Both the position numbers and the translations under genes were made by a program. This document shows, in pieces, positions 23,721 through 37,040 of a DNA stretch of 64,000 nucleotides (position 1 is its first letter; each line of letters opens with the position of its first letter). This stretch comes from Eutreptiella sp. 'Long Island Sound 2002' (taxonomy: Eukaryota > Protista > Euglenida), in contig OZ038378.1 of assembly GCA_964036045.1 (NCBI GenBank), positions 79,670,001-79,734,000 on the forward strand. Reading direction: 5' to 3'. The notes under the pieces were generated by a model that made no database searches, was not told where the DNA came from, and saw only the letters and a program-made list of their open reading frames with translations.

Positions 23721-25014
23721 AACCCCTATCCGGTAGTAAACCAAGGTTTTTGTGCATAGTCTCCAATTTCCACCACGTGTGTGTGTATCCATGCAACGAG
23801 AGAGTGTCTTCGTGTTTGATTTGTGTGCGCACAAACTCATGGTGTGCAGACCATCACCCCCATAGTCTAAAGTAATAAGGGATTGTCAACACTAGTGACT
23901 CTCCTTGTTACTTACACCGCTTCGAATCCCACTTTCGGAACTTTTGGGCTGTAACATGGGATTCCAATTGTGCTCACGGATTGTGTACGTACTTACCCCC
24001 TTCCCGTGCATCAAGGAAATTGTGCACAACAATGCCGGTTAGCCAGCCAACGTTTTTGTGCACATCGCCCCCTTGTCTGGTCGGCCCACTTTTGATTTTG
24101 TGCGCGGCCACTCCCCGTCCGGTCCGCTCGCCAAGGAGTTTGTGCACATGCTTTGCTTAGAGGAAAATGCCCAAGCCTTGCCCATCCTATGTACATGGGG
24201 TTTGCATTTGGCTCACGGTTAGGACCCGTGAGGCTTGCAACGCTCCAATTCACCAGGGGTTCGTGGGCGTTTCACAGTCTCCAAAGTGACCCAAATTTGA
24301 CAAATAACCCTACCCAAGCAATGATATATTGGTTCAGAGTATTGGGAAAGGCGATATGGCCCAATTTATAACATACCAAGTTTGTTGGATGCATAAATGG
24401 AATCTTGGCTGATCCTCCCCCCGCCAAGCATTGGGCCAGTTTTTCTCGGAGGCCTTTGGCCAATCAAAAGTTTTCCTCGGCACCTTTGGTGCCCATTAGT
24501 TTGGACCTCAAGCCTTCGGCGTGTCTACAAACTTAGCACCACTTTGGGGGAGCGGCGGTGGGGGGGGGGGGGGGGCAAGACCTACCCAACCGATGCTCCC
24601 GTTCGCCCCGTAGAATGAGCATGTGGCATGTGGCCCGGTGATGGATATAATAGGGTTTTAATAGGGACCAATTCATTTCGTTGCGGGTGGGGGATGGGGA
24701 GTGGGGGGTGAGGGATTGGAGGGGGGGGCTCTAAGGAGCCCAAGAGGACGAAATGATGATCAATGAACTGTTTCGTCCCTCTTATGATAAAGGGGAAATA
24801 TTGGCCCCGAAGCCGCCGATTTTTTCTCTCAGGGGCCAAACCGGTCAAAATTTTCTTTCGAAAAATGTCATGAGGGCCATCAAATTGATCAGCGTAATGC
24901 GCTGAACACCAAGATGTATGTGATCGGGGCCCACAATACACTTATGTTAGAGGGTGAAAACGGTCAAAAAATGCCAAAATTGGCTGACGTTCATCGTCGA
25001 TTCGCCCCTCCATC

Positions 25015-25270
25015 CCCACTCAGCACCACATCCATCCCGGGTAGGGCCTTGGTTCAAGGCACATGGGTCTCTCAACAACGAGATCTGTTTTACCTTATTT
25101 CCATGAAGAACGGCCCCCTGGGCAGGTCGTGCACCACCAAAGCCCGGTGGTTAATGGCCATTTGTGTGTTACAAGATCAAACATGCTATGCACACTGCCC
25201 GGGGACTTCTCTATGGTGATGTGCCCCTTTATTGGGTGCAGTGTACGTCAAGAATGTGTCCCCTTTGTTG
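25015..25270 (+). repeat. Dispersed repeat of about 260 bp, second copy at about 37080-37325
   Basis: caccacatccatccc(g/t)ggtagggccttggttca...caacgagatct...gtgtcccctt is shared. Confidence 0.85.
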
Positions 25271-25872
25271 GGGTAAGGGACCCCCTAGTTTGGACCCCGT
25301 GTTGTAGGGCGTTTTGAATTTCTGTCGTACACAGGGGGGACGTCTCCCTAGTTCTGTTACGCGACTTCACCCCCCTCCCTGGCCTCCGAGCCTACTTAGT
25401 TGCCAAGGGTCAACAACTACTGGCAATACATATGGTGGTGTCAAAGGTGCCCAAATGGCAACCTAAAAATTGCCCTGTGGGGGGGGGGGGGGGGCGGCTG
25501 ACATGAACACCCGCCGAAGGAGGGGAGGGGGTTGGAGAAATGGACGTATGTGCCGGGCCCCTTAACAAGGGGCTTTTTTGTAGGTTTGTTTGAAAGTTTG
25601 CCGGCGACAATTAGTGCCGTGGACTGGTATGATAACCCCGGCGATGGTTCAGCAGATAATAGGCCTTTTTTGTTAGAGGCCGGGGACCGGTAGCCTTGAC
25701 TTACTATTGTTTTTCAAGTGTATGCACCTCCCAACAGGGGCAGCCTTGGGAGACAGGGGAAAAGAAAAAACTGATCACTCGGGACGCCCGGGGCTCTCAT
25801 CAGTTGAGGGTCGGGATTCCCAACCCTGTTATAAAGTGGGCTAACTGAAATACGCACTCAGACCCCGGGTCG

Positions 25873-27279
25873 TTGGGGTTGGTCCAACTTCTGCACGTGG
25901 TCCCAAAGGTTAACGTGACCGAGGCATCACCATGCCCAAAAAATAAGTATCTTTTTTCACACTTGGAATTTCTTGCTTTCACAATGTCGCAAGTCATTCC
26001 TCTACCTTTCACTCTGTTTCCGCGCCCAGGGATCCTATATGAGGTATTCTGGAACTCTGAGCATGTGCATTTGTATGAAGTGCATTTCTCTTTGCCTTTG
26101 AAGGAAAGGAATCTGCATGTCCAACAACGGCGGGTTTTGATCCGTAGCGTCGAAAAACAACTGGCTGACAAGACTTTCAGTGCACATGCACTGAGTACTT
26201 TGAAGCTGACAATTCAGGTTGCCATCACGGAAGCATCTATGCTATGGCCAGTCCGTTTTGCACTGCTTGTCGACCACAAGCAGGGCGAGGGTCGCCAAGG
26301 AAGTTGTTAGGTCACGCGCTGCCACGTGGCAGAATTTTGCGCGCCGTGTTGAGGAGTGAGTTGGGCATGGTTTCAAGATCCCAGAGGCCACTGTGCGCCA
26401 CTGTGTTGCAGCTAAGCGTAGCAGGAGCACCGTCGCTGCCCTGCATAAACCCATTGCAGCTGTTTCGCGTCGCAAGTTTGCAAGGGCTTCGGACGAATGG
26501 CACGTCCATGGGCATTTTTCAAACAAACTAGTGAAATGTACCATCACCACACCACTGCATCGCTGGCGCATTGTCATGGGATGACCAATGCTGGGAATTC
26601 AGCAGTAACACGTTCATAAAACTGCCTGTGGTCATGAGCTCACACTTGTATAAAACTGCACCGTACAGTGATGCCACACTGGTAACAGGCCAATTGAAAT
26701 GCGTCACCAACACTGTGTTGTTTTACCTGCCCAAGGAATGTGGTTCATCTCCTTCTGATGTGTCGTAGAAGTATGAATTGTGGATCAGAAAAGTTCTTTT
26801 CCGGGTCGCCAGAGTGGTTAGCGAGCGTCGTAGCACCCCCATGCAGCAGATCAATGATCGATTTGCAACTAGTGCTGTCCCAACCTCAGGTCCGTGAACA
26901 GAAACAGGGTGGTGAAATGACCTTCATCAGCGATGGTGGATGGGATCACAATCCCAGAAACTCTGAGGTCCGCCTAGCTCTGACGTTTGAACACTTGGAC
27001 AACGGGCGTCTATACACCAATACCTCTGTCAGGGCAGCCGGTGTGTCCTCTTACAATGAGGCCGAGAGGGTAAATGGTGTGGAAACTCGTAGCGTTCAAA
27101 AGGCATGCATTAAAGATGCAGTCTTTTTGCCTGAGGATGACAGTCTCCCTGCCGCTGAAGCACTTCAGCAACGTAGGAGAAGCTTTCAAATCATCTTCAC
27201 TGAGGCCATCGCGGCTTGTGTGTATGCGAAAAAAAAACACTGTGAGCCTTGCCTCCCACCCAGACTTTCAAGGGTTTGA
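25873..27279 (+). pseudogene. Zator-like DDE transposase, disrupted by stops and frameshifts
   Basis: WDDQCW (candidate D1) and FISDGGWDHNPRN...AAGVSSYNEAERVNG match the DGGPDxNPR...APGxSxYNxVER pattern as recalled for Zator transposases. Confidence 0.65.
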
Positions 27280-27391
27280 TACTTATAGTACTGAATTTCG
27301 GTCACACTGTTGTGCAATTTTGGATGGATATGCAGTGGACATGCCAGGTGACCGTCGCTTGCACATTCGGTGTGTCCTCAGGTAACAACAA

Positions 27392-28560
27392 TTGCATTCT
27401 TGTGCACGACACTTCGATTTTCAGTTGCGTCGCACAACGTGCAAGGATGTGTTGGGGTATTTGTGTCATGCACCAGATTACCCCTCTGCCCCCCCATTTG
27501 CAACGTGCAACAATCTTGCGGGAAGTTGTGAGGACATTTGCCTGTTCCTGGAGGATCCCATTTTTGGGAACAAAGGGCAATTTCTGTCCTCTACTGAGGT
27601 TGAGCAAAAAAAAAAAGCAACGGAAAGAAAAATAGTTTTGAAGCAGTCACCTCCATCTGTTTTGTGCAAGCAACTGTATGCAGAGACTGCAAGCCCTACT
27701 GGTGCCCAAATGGCCGACATCTCAACGCAATGCTTTGGCAAACCCTCCAACGCATCTGAAATTAGTAAGTGGTTTGCCGTGAAGCGCCCTTTGCAGTTTG
27801 CAAAAGCAAAGGCCAAGCTTAAGCGGTGCTGTGGGGCTGTCACTCGCTGTGTGTTGAGTGACTTGGAGTGCTTGTTGAGGCAAACACGGGGTCTTTTTGG
27901 CATGAACGAGCAGTGTACAGTTGCCAATCCGAAGTTGCTGCTTGGCAACCATGGCTTAACCACTTCAGGTCCAAAGGTTGAATTGGTTGAGCGGGTGCAC
28001 AATAATATTGCGCGCATTAGGGAGTCTCAAGGCCTACAATCTGAGGAGGCAATTAGTATGCTTGAAGAAGATGGCCCTAATGAGTACGAAGATGTAGAGG
28101 ATGATCTCATCTACTTTGTTTGCTTGACATATGATGTTTTTGAATGGAATGATATTGTCATTTGTGACGGGAACCACTCAGAGCCACGTGGGTGCCATCA
28201 ATTGTGCTACCAACCCCCTTTGTTTGAAATTCCTGATGGACCCTGGTTGTGCCCTTATTACTTGCAGGACCAAGTATCTGCACCACCATCACGTGGTACG
28301 GATGCGGATTATGTTCCTTCTGTAACTTGCACTTATGCTACCTCCTCGTCTGCTTCTAGTTCCAACTCCTCCAGCAGCTCGGACTCCGCGGAGGGCAGCT
28401 CTGATTCCAGCGATGACTCCAGCTTTGATTCTAGCAATAGCTCAAGCTCTGATTCCGATGACTCATTAGGGTCGGCTTCTGATTGTGACCCCGACATCCA
28501 TGGTGCCGCCGTAAGGCCTGGCGGGGGCGCTGCATGGCAGCCGGAAGTGACCGGTGGTTA
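27392..28560 (+). CDS. C-terminal transposase extension with a SAP domain, a degenerate PHD finger and a Ser/Asp-rich tail
   Basis: LLGNHGLTTSGPKVELVERV (SAP); CLTY...IVICDGNHSEPRGCHQLCYQPPLFEIPDGPWLCPYY (PHD, two Cys->Tyr changes). Confidence 0.75.
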
Positions 28561-28759
28561 TCGTACCCTTAAACAAAAGTACGACCCCCGCTGGCACTCG
28601 GTAACTATCGTTCCGGCACGACGACCAATGACGGGGGGGGGGGGGGGTTGGAAAATGGGCGTTCATGTCAGCCGCCCCCTGCAGAGCAATTTTCTTCCCG
28701 CCAATTATTTTATCATTCTCCTTGCCCCTTTTGTCGACCATGCATCCCAACACTTTCCT

Positions 28760-30925
28760 TGAACCCAACCTTCACTCTAACGCCCACCCAAACCCTCATC
28801 CTACTCCTAACCCTGCCTCCAAACCTTACCCTTGACGCTAACCCTAACTCCAGCCGGAACCCTAACCAGGACTGAATATTGGGATCGCGCTGGTGGGGAA
28901 AGGAACATCACCTTCGAGGCATGTGGTGACTTTAGACGGGTCAAAATGCTTACTATGGGCTCAAAACGGGCTCATTTCACTCCAAACGGTGTAGTTATCA
29001 TTCTCGAAAAACACATTTTTGACCCATTTTTGACCCTTTTAGGTCCCCAAAAACCCCATTTTCAAGGCTTTTTGGAATTGTGGAGCGTCATGACGGGCCA
29101 CCATGGGCTCAAAACGGGCCAAAAACACTTGTTTGAGCAACCCAAGTGGTCTAGGAAAAAATTTGGACAAAATGATTTTGGACCATTTTTGGACCCATAG
29201 ATGACCCATGTAACCCTACCCTAGCACGTGCACTGTGCGCGCTCAACACCACTATGTTGTGCCAAAATGGGGCATCGAAGGGTGATGACAATATGGGAAA
29301 AGGCTTCAAAGTGATTCCATTCATCGTTATTTAGCACCACAAGGGTGCCCAATGCAATTCATGGCTAAAAAAACACGTTACTAGAACGTGCAACTTGAAA
29401 AATTATGCAAAAGGGGTGCTTTTCATGGCCGATTTTGCAGTATTTTGAACCCATAAGGAGGTCGTTGGACGCACTACTTGGTTGTAAAACCCACTAGACA
29501 GTGACCAAAGGTGATTGTTCATCATGTGTATATCAGTTTCTCTGCCAATGCCCCTGTCCAAGGACCTAATAGGCACCCGTAACTCCCAAAAAAAGGCATT
29601 TTCCGGCCATTTTTGCCACATTTTGAAACCTGGATCCGCCACTTGCGAATCCCGTTCCTAACCGCCACCATTGAGTTTCTCGCCCAAACTCTGTGTGCAT
29701 GATTGTACTTCACACCCTTAGGTATCATCCACCAAAATTTGAGCCGGATCCGAAGCACCAGGACAGAATTCTTATTTTTTTTTCCATTTCGCGTGTGCTT
29801 GTGCTGCTTGCTTCTGCTTGCTGCCGCTAAACCTAAAGCCCATTTTCAAGACTTTTTGGGAATTTTGGAGGGTCAAAACGGGCCACCATGGGCTCAAAAC
29901 AGGCTAAAAACACTTGTTTGAGCACCCCAAGTGGTCTAGGAACAAATTTGGAAAAAAACAATTTTGGACCATTTTTGGGCCCACAGTACCCTAGCACGTG
30001 CACCGTGCACGCTCAACACCACTCTGCGGTGGCAAAATGGGGCATTGAAGGGTGATGACAATGTGCCAAAGGCTTCAAAATGATTCGATTCATTGTTATT
30101 AATCACCACAAGGGTGCCCAATGCAATCCATGCCTATGAAACACGGCATGAGAAGGTGTGATTTGAAAAGGTATGCAAAAAGGGTGCTTTTCACGCTGTT
30201 TTATTTTTGGCCCGAAAAGAGGTTGTTGAGGCCCCTAATCGGGTACATAACGCACTAAACGATGATGAAAGGTGTTTGTTTATCAGTTAGGTTAGTTCCA
30301 ATGCAGATGGACCCCTTCACGCATATCCTAGGCACCCAAGCTGCCCAAAAAAGGGCATTTTCTGGCCATTTTTGACAGATTTGGAAACGGAGGTCCGCCA
30401 CTTGCGAATCTCGTTGCCATTCCCCACCGTCGAGTTTCCTGCTCAAACTTTGTGTGATTGTACTTCACACCCATAGGTATTGTGCACCAAACTTTCAACC
30501 AAACAATCCAAAGCACCACAACGGAACTCTCTGCTGCTGATCGCTGCTGTTCGCTGCTTGCTGCTTGCTGCGTGCTGGTTGCTTGCTGCTGCTGCTAAAC
30601 CTGGTAGGTCCACCCTAGACACTAAAAAGGGTTATAAAACCAACACTGGTTCCACCAGCTTGGTGACCGCAACCCTAGCCCTCACCCTAACCCTAGCCCT
30701 GCCCCAGCCCTAGCTCACACCCTAGGCTCGGGTTAGAGTGAGTGTTGGGGTCCAAAATGGAGAGCAAAGACGTGGCAAAAGCAGCCATGAACGATTCTTG
30801 GGGGATCTTGTCCAGCCCAATCAACATCGTTGGCATGGCCAAGTTAACTGGCTGCAAAGGTTAGGGTTCGGTTTATGGTGATGGTATGGTTAGATTCAGG
30901 GCAAGGGGAGGCAACGGGAGCTTGT
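28760..30925 (+). repeat. Interspersed repeat unit bounded by short inverted repeats (28884-28896 and 30652-30664) within CCCTAA-like tracts, with an internal duplication
   Basis: Same family as 44844-47475; shares gactgaatattggga at the start and ctaaacctggtaggtccaccctagacactaaaaaggg near the end. Confidence 0.8.
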
Positions 30926-31599
30926 GCCCTGCCCCCCCCCCCCCCCGCCCTGTGATCATTGCGTGCCCCACACTCTGTTGTTCCATCCTATGTTGGTTCC
31001 TCTACCTCGCTTCTAGTTTGTGTTCGTGCTCCCTCCTGACCCGCCTTGCCGTGCCCCCTTGACCGTGCCCCACCCTCCCTAACCTTCCCCCGGTGTGCAC
31101 CAGGGAGAGGGACCCGGGCCCCGCCGTGAGCGGGTGTCGGCCGCCGGGAGCTGCCCACCTAGAGTACGGGTAGGGAGGTGCATGCATGCCCCGCCAAGGT
31201 GAGTTTAGCGAGCCAGCTGCTAACGAAGTTCGTGCGACAGCTGTGCTCCGGCCCCTCTTGGCATCTGCCCCGATGCTCGCGGCATGGGTTCGGGCAATCC
31301 TGTACTCGCTGTGGACGTGTGGACCATGCTGCACTTGTGCTCATACACCCCCCCCTTTGTGCATAGTCGGCACCTGTACATAGTCTGTGGGGGGAGGGCC
31401 GATGGAGCCGCCACTTTCCGTTTTGTGTACTCCGCGTACTCCTGTGTACTCCGTTAGTTGGATATTGAGCTTCTCCTGCGGGTTGCCGGCTGGACAAGGC
31501 GGTGCATCAAGATGTTGAACAGGCATGCATCGCCACAGGTGGGACGCGTCTTGTTTTCTGGTTCACGTGCCCTCGCGTCTCTTGAGTACCGGATAGGGT

Positions 31600-33460
31600 G
31601 TGTGAAGGATGTGCCACTGCTTGCATAAATGTGTGGCGGATCGTGCCATTGCATGCGTGCCTTTGTGGTACATTATGCAGCTACACGAGTGCCTATGTGG
31701 CAGATCATACACTTGCATGCATGCCAGCATGACAGATTATGCAATCCTATGCATGCATATGTGTCACATGATGCAACCGTATGCATGCCTGTGTGGCAGA
31801 CTAAGCACCGCATGCCTGCTTGTGTAGCAGATTACAAGTTGTGTAGCAGAGTATGCTGCTGCATGCATACATGTGTGACAGATTATCCGAATGTATTCAT
31901 GCCTATCTGGCAGATACAACCAATGCAGCAGCGTATGCACCTGCACGCATACTTGGGTTGCAAAGTACGCACATGTATTAATGCCGGTGCGGCAGATACA
32001 GCGTGTGTAGTAGAATATGCGACTACATGCCCTGCATGCATGCATGTGTGGCAGATTACGCAACCGCATGTGTGGCACATCATGCAACTGCACGCATGCA
32101 AATGCAGCAAATAGTACATTGTGTGCATGCCTGCATGGCAGATTGTGCAACCGCATGCCTGCCTGTGTCGCAGGTTATGCAACAGCATGCATGTCTGTGA
32201 GGCACATACCACTAGTAAAGCAGAATGTGGTAGAGTGTGCAACCGCGTGTGTAGCAGATTATGCTACTACATGCGTGCCAGTGTGGCATATAATGCAGTG
32301 TGTGCATGGCTGTGTGGCAGATTGTGCGCCTGCATGCATGCCTGTGTAGCAGAGACAGCTTGTGTAGCAGAAAATGCAACTGCATGCATACCTTTGTGAC
32401 AGATTATGCAAATGTATTCATACCTGTGTGGCAGATACAACTTGTGTGCAAAATGTGTGACTACATGCATACGTGTGTGGCAAATTACGCAAATGTATTC
32501 ATACTTGCATGGCAGATGTAACATGTGCAGTAGAATGTACGGCTGCATGCGGTTGCTTGCCTACCCGTGTGGCAGAGAATGCCGTGCATGCATGCCTGAG
32601 TGGCGGATTTTGCAATTGCATGCATGCTTGTGTGGCCGATACAACATGTGTCACATCATATGGAACCACATGCAACCGCGTGCAAGCCTGTGTGGCAGAT
32701 TATGTGACTGCATGCATGCGTGTGTGGCAGACAATGCGGTGCCTTTGTGGCAGAGTATGCCACTGCCTGCCTGCCTATGGGGCAAATCCAACTTACGTAG
32801 CGCATTATGCGACTACATGTGTGGCAGATACAGCTTGTGTAGCAGATTGTGCGCCTGCATGCATACCTCTGTAGGAGATAGGGCTTGTGTAGCGGAATAT
32901 GCAACTGCATGCAAGCCTGTTTGACATATTATGCAAATGTATTCATGCTTGTGTGGCAATTACAACCTGTGTGCAGAATATGCGGCGACATGCTTACGTG
33001 TGTGGCAGATTATGAACGTGTATTCATGCTTGTGTGGCAGATACACCATGTGTGGTAGAATGTGCGACTGCATGCAGCTGCATGCCTGCCTATATGGCAA
33101 AGAATGCCGTGCATGCATGCCTGTGTGGCGGAGTTTGCAAATGCATGCATGCCTGCCTATGGGGCATATCGAACTTGCATAGCAGATTATGCGAGTACAT
33201 GTGTGGCAGATACAACTTGTGTAGTAGATTGTGCGACTACATGCATACTAGTGTGACGCATTACGCAGATTTATCCATGCATGTGTGGCAGGTACAGCCT
33301 GCGTAGCAAAATATGCGATTGCATGCATACCTATGTGATATGTTATGCAGATGTATTCATGCCTGTGTGGCAGGTACAACGTGCATAGCAGAATATGTGA
33401 CTACATGCATGCCTGTGTGGCAGAGACAGCATGTGTAGCAGAATATGCGACTCCCTCCCT
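31600..33460. repeat. Degenerate satellite (TGCATGCCTGTGTGGCAGA(T/C)TATGC-type units)
   Basis: Dozens of gtgtggcaga and catgcatgc motifs; the Cys-rich ORFs here are artefacts. Confidence 0.9.
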
Positions 33461-34649
33461 CCCTCCCTCCCTCCCTCCCTCCTTCCCTCGCACATGCAAG
33501 TGTGCCTGCGTGGCTTATTGTGCACCAGGTGCGGCCTTGTGGAAGCGGCGCTTGAGCACCTCTCCGGATTTGCCTCAGCGCTCCCTGTATGGGCTGTGCT
33601 ATGCTATGCGGTGTTGTGCTTGCTCGCATTGGCTCGCAAGGGGGCCAGTGTGGCAACAATATTTGGTGGTTCGATCAAGACCCTTGCAGGTAGCTAATTG
33701 TTTACCTTCGAGGGTTGTGCTGTATTAACCAATGGACCAGTAACGGCCCTACCCAACCTAGTTGCCGCCATGGTACCGCTGGACCTTGCAGCCTAGGGTC
33801 CACATACTCTTTATCCATTGCTGTAGCAAATTTTCTACTACTATCTGCAGAGCATTTGATCCCTTGGTGTTGTTTTTATTTTTGGTTTGGACCAAGATGA
33901 GCTGGCGTAGCCTGCTCACCGTCTGTTGCTCGCCTGTCCCACAGTCCCGCCTGTGTGAGATGTGCACCCCACGTGATTCCTGCAGAGCCGTTGGGAAGCA
34001 TTGCCTCAAGCACCAAAGACCCTCAAATGTTTGTTTTGAGTCAAAAATGGGTGGATGCTTTTGCAGTGGACCTCAGCACATGATATTTCTCCTTGACCCT
34101 GTTGTGCTGATACCAAAACACCAATTTTGTTTTTTCAAGTGCAAGGTCTGGGTCACCTCTGGAGGCTGTGGGTTTCGTCTAGGTTCTTAGGCCCCTGTCT
34201 GAGCCTGTTGTAATTGGGGGTCCGGTCGCTGGGTTCACCAACCCCGCTCCCTTAATTTTGCAACATGCCCTTCGCTTTGACCATGCCAATGGCCCTAGAT
34301 TAGTTTTGGACACCTCCGTCTTATGGTATCTTTGAAATGCTCGAGATTCCCACTCCCGACTACCCACTCCCGACTGCTGATACAGGGTGCAGGGTGCTTG
34401 AGGCTAGGTGCTGCCGGCGGACATTGGTGGACCGGGGGGGGGCCGGTGTACTATCACTGCCCACCATCTGGAGGGGTCCTGTGCTTTGTCACGGTCCTGC
34501 GAGGCACCGTAGGGGTTGCGGTGCTATCACTGCCCATTAGACGCCGGTTGCGGCTTGGCCTCGGACGGTGAAGCGATCAGAGTCATGGGCCCTCAGTTTG
34601 GGCTTCATGGCCTGTCCTCGGGATGCGGCCCCCGGAATGCTTCCTCTCC

Positions 34650-34995
34650 ATCCATCCATCCTCCCAACCCCACCCTCATCGCCCCTCCCTGAACCCCCCC
34701 TCCAATGCCCCCCCCCCCCCCCACCTGGGGGCCTTCGGCCCACTTCTGCTGGGGGGGGGTCGCATATAAAAGCGAGGAGACGTCCCCCCCGTGCTATGGT
34801 ACATGCTACGATGGCACAGCAAAGCACAACACGGCACAGCACAACACGGCAGAGCACAACACAGCAAAGCATAGCACGGCACAACGGCAGAGCACAGCAC
34901 ATCACCGCAGAGCAACGCGTGGCACAATGCAGCGCATGGCACAACCCAACACACCGCGGCACAGCGCATGGCACAACACGTGGCACAGCATGTGA
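34650..34995 (+). repeat. Dispersed repeat (gggccttcggcccacttct...gaggagacgtcccc) followed by a (GCACA)n-like tract; relatives at 47560-47700, 37395-37550, 41500-41850 and 42250-42560
   Basis: Near-identical block at 47630-47695; cacagca pentamer tracts. Confidence 0.75.
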
Positions 34996-35699
34996 AAATT
35001 GAAAATGCTTTGAGTTGTTTTGACTCAACCCGTGCTTCTATGCCCTCACTGTCACACTGCGAAGCAAGCAGCCGGACCCTCGAATAACAATGGCCAAATG
35101 GAACTCTCAGCGTCCACTCCATACGAGTATGCATTTCGCCGCCAAGCACAAGCAGCCTCATCGGCTCAAATCAAACCGAACATTTCAGCACAAGAAAATT
35201 GCATGGTGTGGACCGCAAACAATTAAACACAAAAAAGCATTGCGCCAAACCTCGAAATCGCAAAAATAGACAAGTGCTGAAAGGCCAAAAAGCCAAAGCA
35301 ATGACCGCGCGAAATCTTAGCCGGGCGATGCGCCCACACACTCACCAACAAAAAGCAGATCATAGACAGCAAGTTCTGGGGTAAATGAATTTTGTACCTT
35401 GAGATCTCGAGGTATAAAAGTTTTTGCATCCCACCCACCCTCCCCGGAAACACGAAGCTTGCGCATAGCAAGGCGATGCCACACGGCCCGCGCATTGGGT
35501 GACGGCTTGTGAGTCACAAAAAGCTGCACATCGGGCACCTTGTTAGTCACCTTGCATTCAATCCATCGCGAAAGATGACTCAAAGAAAAATCCAAAGAGG
35601 CATGGAACCCGCAAAACATGAATAGAATGGCGCAAAGAGGCAAGTGTGCATCACATACTATAATGTGATTTCATGGACCACGAAAGAGGCAAAGGATCA

Positions 35700-36526
35700 C
35701 CCCCCCCCCCCCGTGCCTAGGAACCGCCTTGCCCAAGAACTGCCCCCTGGTTCCGCAGTCGAGTTCTCGCACCACTTTTTTTCACCACGGTATTTGGTTT
35801 TTCATGGTTTTGGTGGATGCAGGACAGGTATTCGGGTGTGCAGGACAACATTTCATGTGTGTTGCTACGGGTCCCCCCATCACCCTATGAGTCAGTCACA
35901 GGCGCACATACCCCTTACACCCCTCCCCCCTGCTTTGGACCCCTTCCTTGAAGCAACCGACCCCTGACAAGGAAACACACAAAAGTCAGTTAAACACAGG
36001 GGGCCACTGATAGCACCTCTTTGCAAATTTTATTTTTTCTTTTTTGGCGAACCATCCTTTCTTAGTTAAACAGGTCGCTTTCTTGCCCTACTGGGGGGGG
36101 GGGGGGCGAAGCGTAAGCCAGCTCCAAAGCCCAACGCAGCACCGAAGCCTGGCCCCAAGGGGTAGCACAGACAGGAATTCAAGATGGTGTATCACAAGAA
36201 GACGGGTTTCGCATCCGAACCAGTTGAACATTAGATCATTCCATGCACGATGGAAGGCACACTACATCCCAGTTAGCTGAGATTCACTCCTTTGGTGTTC
36301 ATTTGTCAATGTGGTTAACTGTGGGAAAAGAGAGGGCGCGCATGTCCCGGTGCAACGCGCCGGAATTTTTTTTTCCCGCGGTACGGGGCTGCCCACCGTC
36401 ATGCGCAAGAACCAGCCCCTGCATGGTTCCGCGGTCGAATTTTGGGGGGAAAGCGTGCGCAAGAAACGCCCCCTGGTTCCACAGTCAAACATTGCCGATT
36501 CCTAGGCACGGGGGGGGGGGGGGGGG
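35700..36526. mobile_element. TIR-bounded non-autonomous insertion of about 830 bp inside the Penelope-like relic
   Basis: C-run+GTGCCTAGGAA at 35700-35723 and TTCCTAGGCAC+G-run at 36499-36526; CA on both flanks (possible 2-bp TSD). Confidence 0.65.
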
Positions 36527-37040
36527 CAGGCACACCGAGGGTAGTGCAACCGGATTAAGCAGGATTTCAAGCGATCATATACAATGTCAAAATAGACCTC
36601 ATGAGAGTTCGTCCAAAGGTAACGCGCCCGCTCACCCTTGATCCAACCCAGTTTGTGCACGCATGGAATTATTCCCGCGCCAAGGCATGTGCACACCAAA
36701 GTTGGTTTGCTTAAAATTAGTACAATAGCGCACTTCACCACGAATGGAAATGATGAACACATCAAGAAAGTCAATACCTCATTGTTTGTTAAAATGCTGC
36801 ACTTCAAAGGGCAAATGAGCGGGGTAACACCGGCGGCGTAAATGATCATACACCCTTGGGGCCAAGAGCGAGGGTGAATTAAACACAAATCATCAATGAA
36901 TCTACCATGCATGTAACCTTGTTTCATAGTGCCGGTCGATGAGGTTGGCAAAGGGCGGCGCTGCATTGGTGCCCATAGGAAACCCAGCATGCTGCCTATG
37001 CAAGCCCGGGACAACAAGTAGCCTGTGTGAAAAGACACAG
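36527..37040 (-). pseudogene. Penelope-like (PLE) reverse transcriptase fragment
   Basis: QHAGFPMGTNAAPPFANL...HYET (RT motif 4) and, after a frameshift, HGRFIDDLCLI (motif 5) and VLTFL. Confidence 0.75.

Larger units (their letters stand above)
25457..28702 (+). mobile_element. Zator-like DNA transposon (3246 bp)
   Basis: Imperfect TIRs begin GGC, with core GGGGGCGGCTGACATGAAC(A/G)CCC at 25490-25512 and 28657-28679 (22/23). A 3-bp TSD AAT lies at 25454-25456 and 28703-28705. Transposase motifs lie inside. Confidence 0.8.

Noticed and set aside
24011-24253. YIG motif suggesting a GIY-YIG endonuclease
   Set aside because: No upstream GIY/VY strand at the correct spacing and no conserved Arg/Glu.
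31600-33460. Cys/His-rich ORFs suggesting zinc-finger or metallothionein genes
   Set aside because: Produced by the TGCATG/GTGTGG satellite in all frames.
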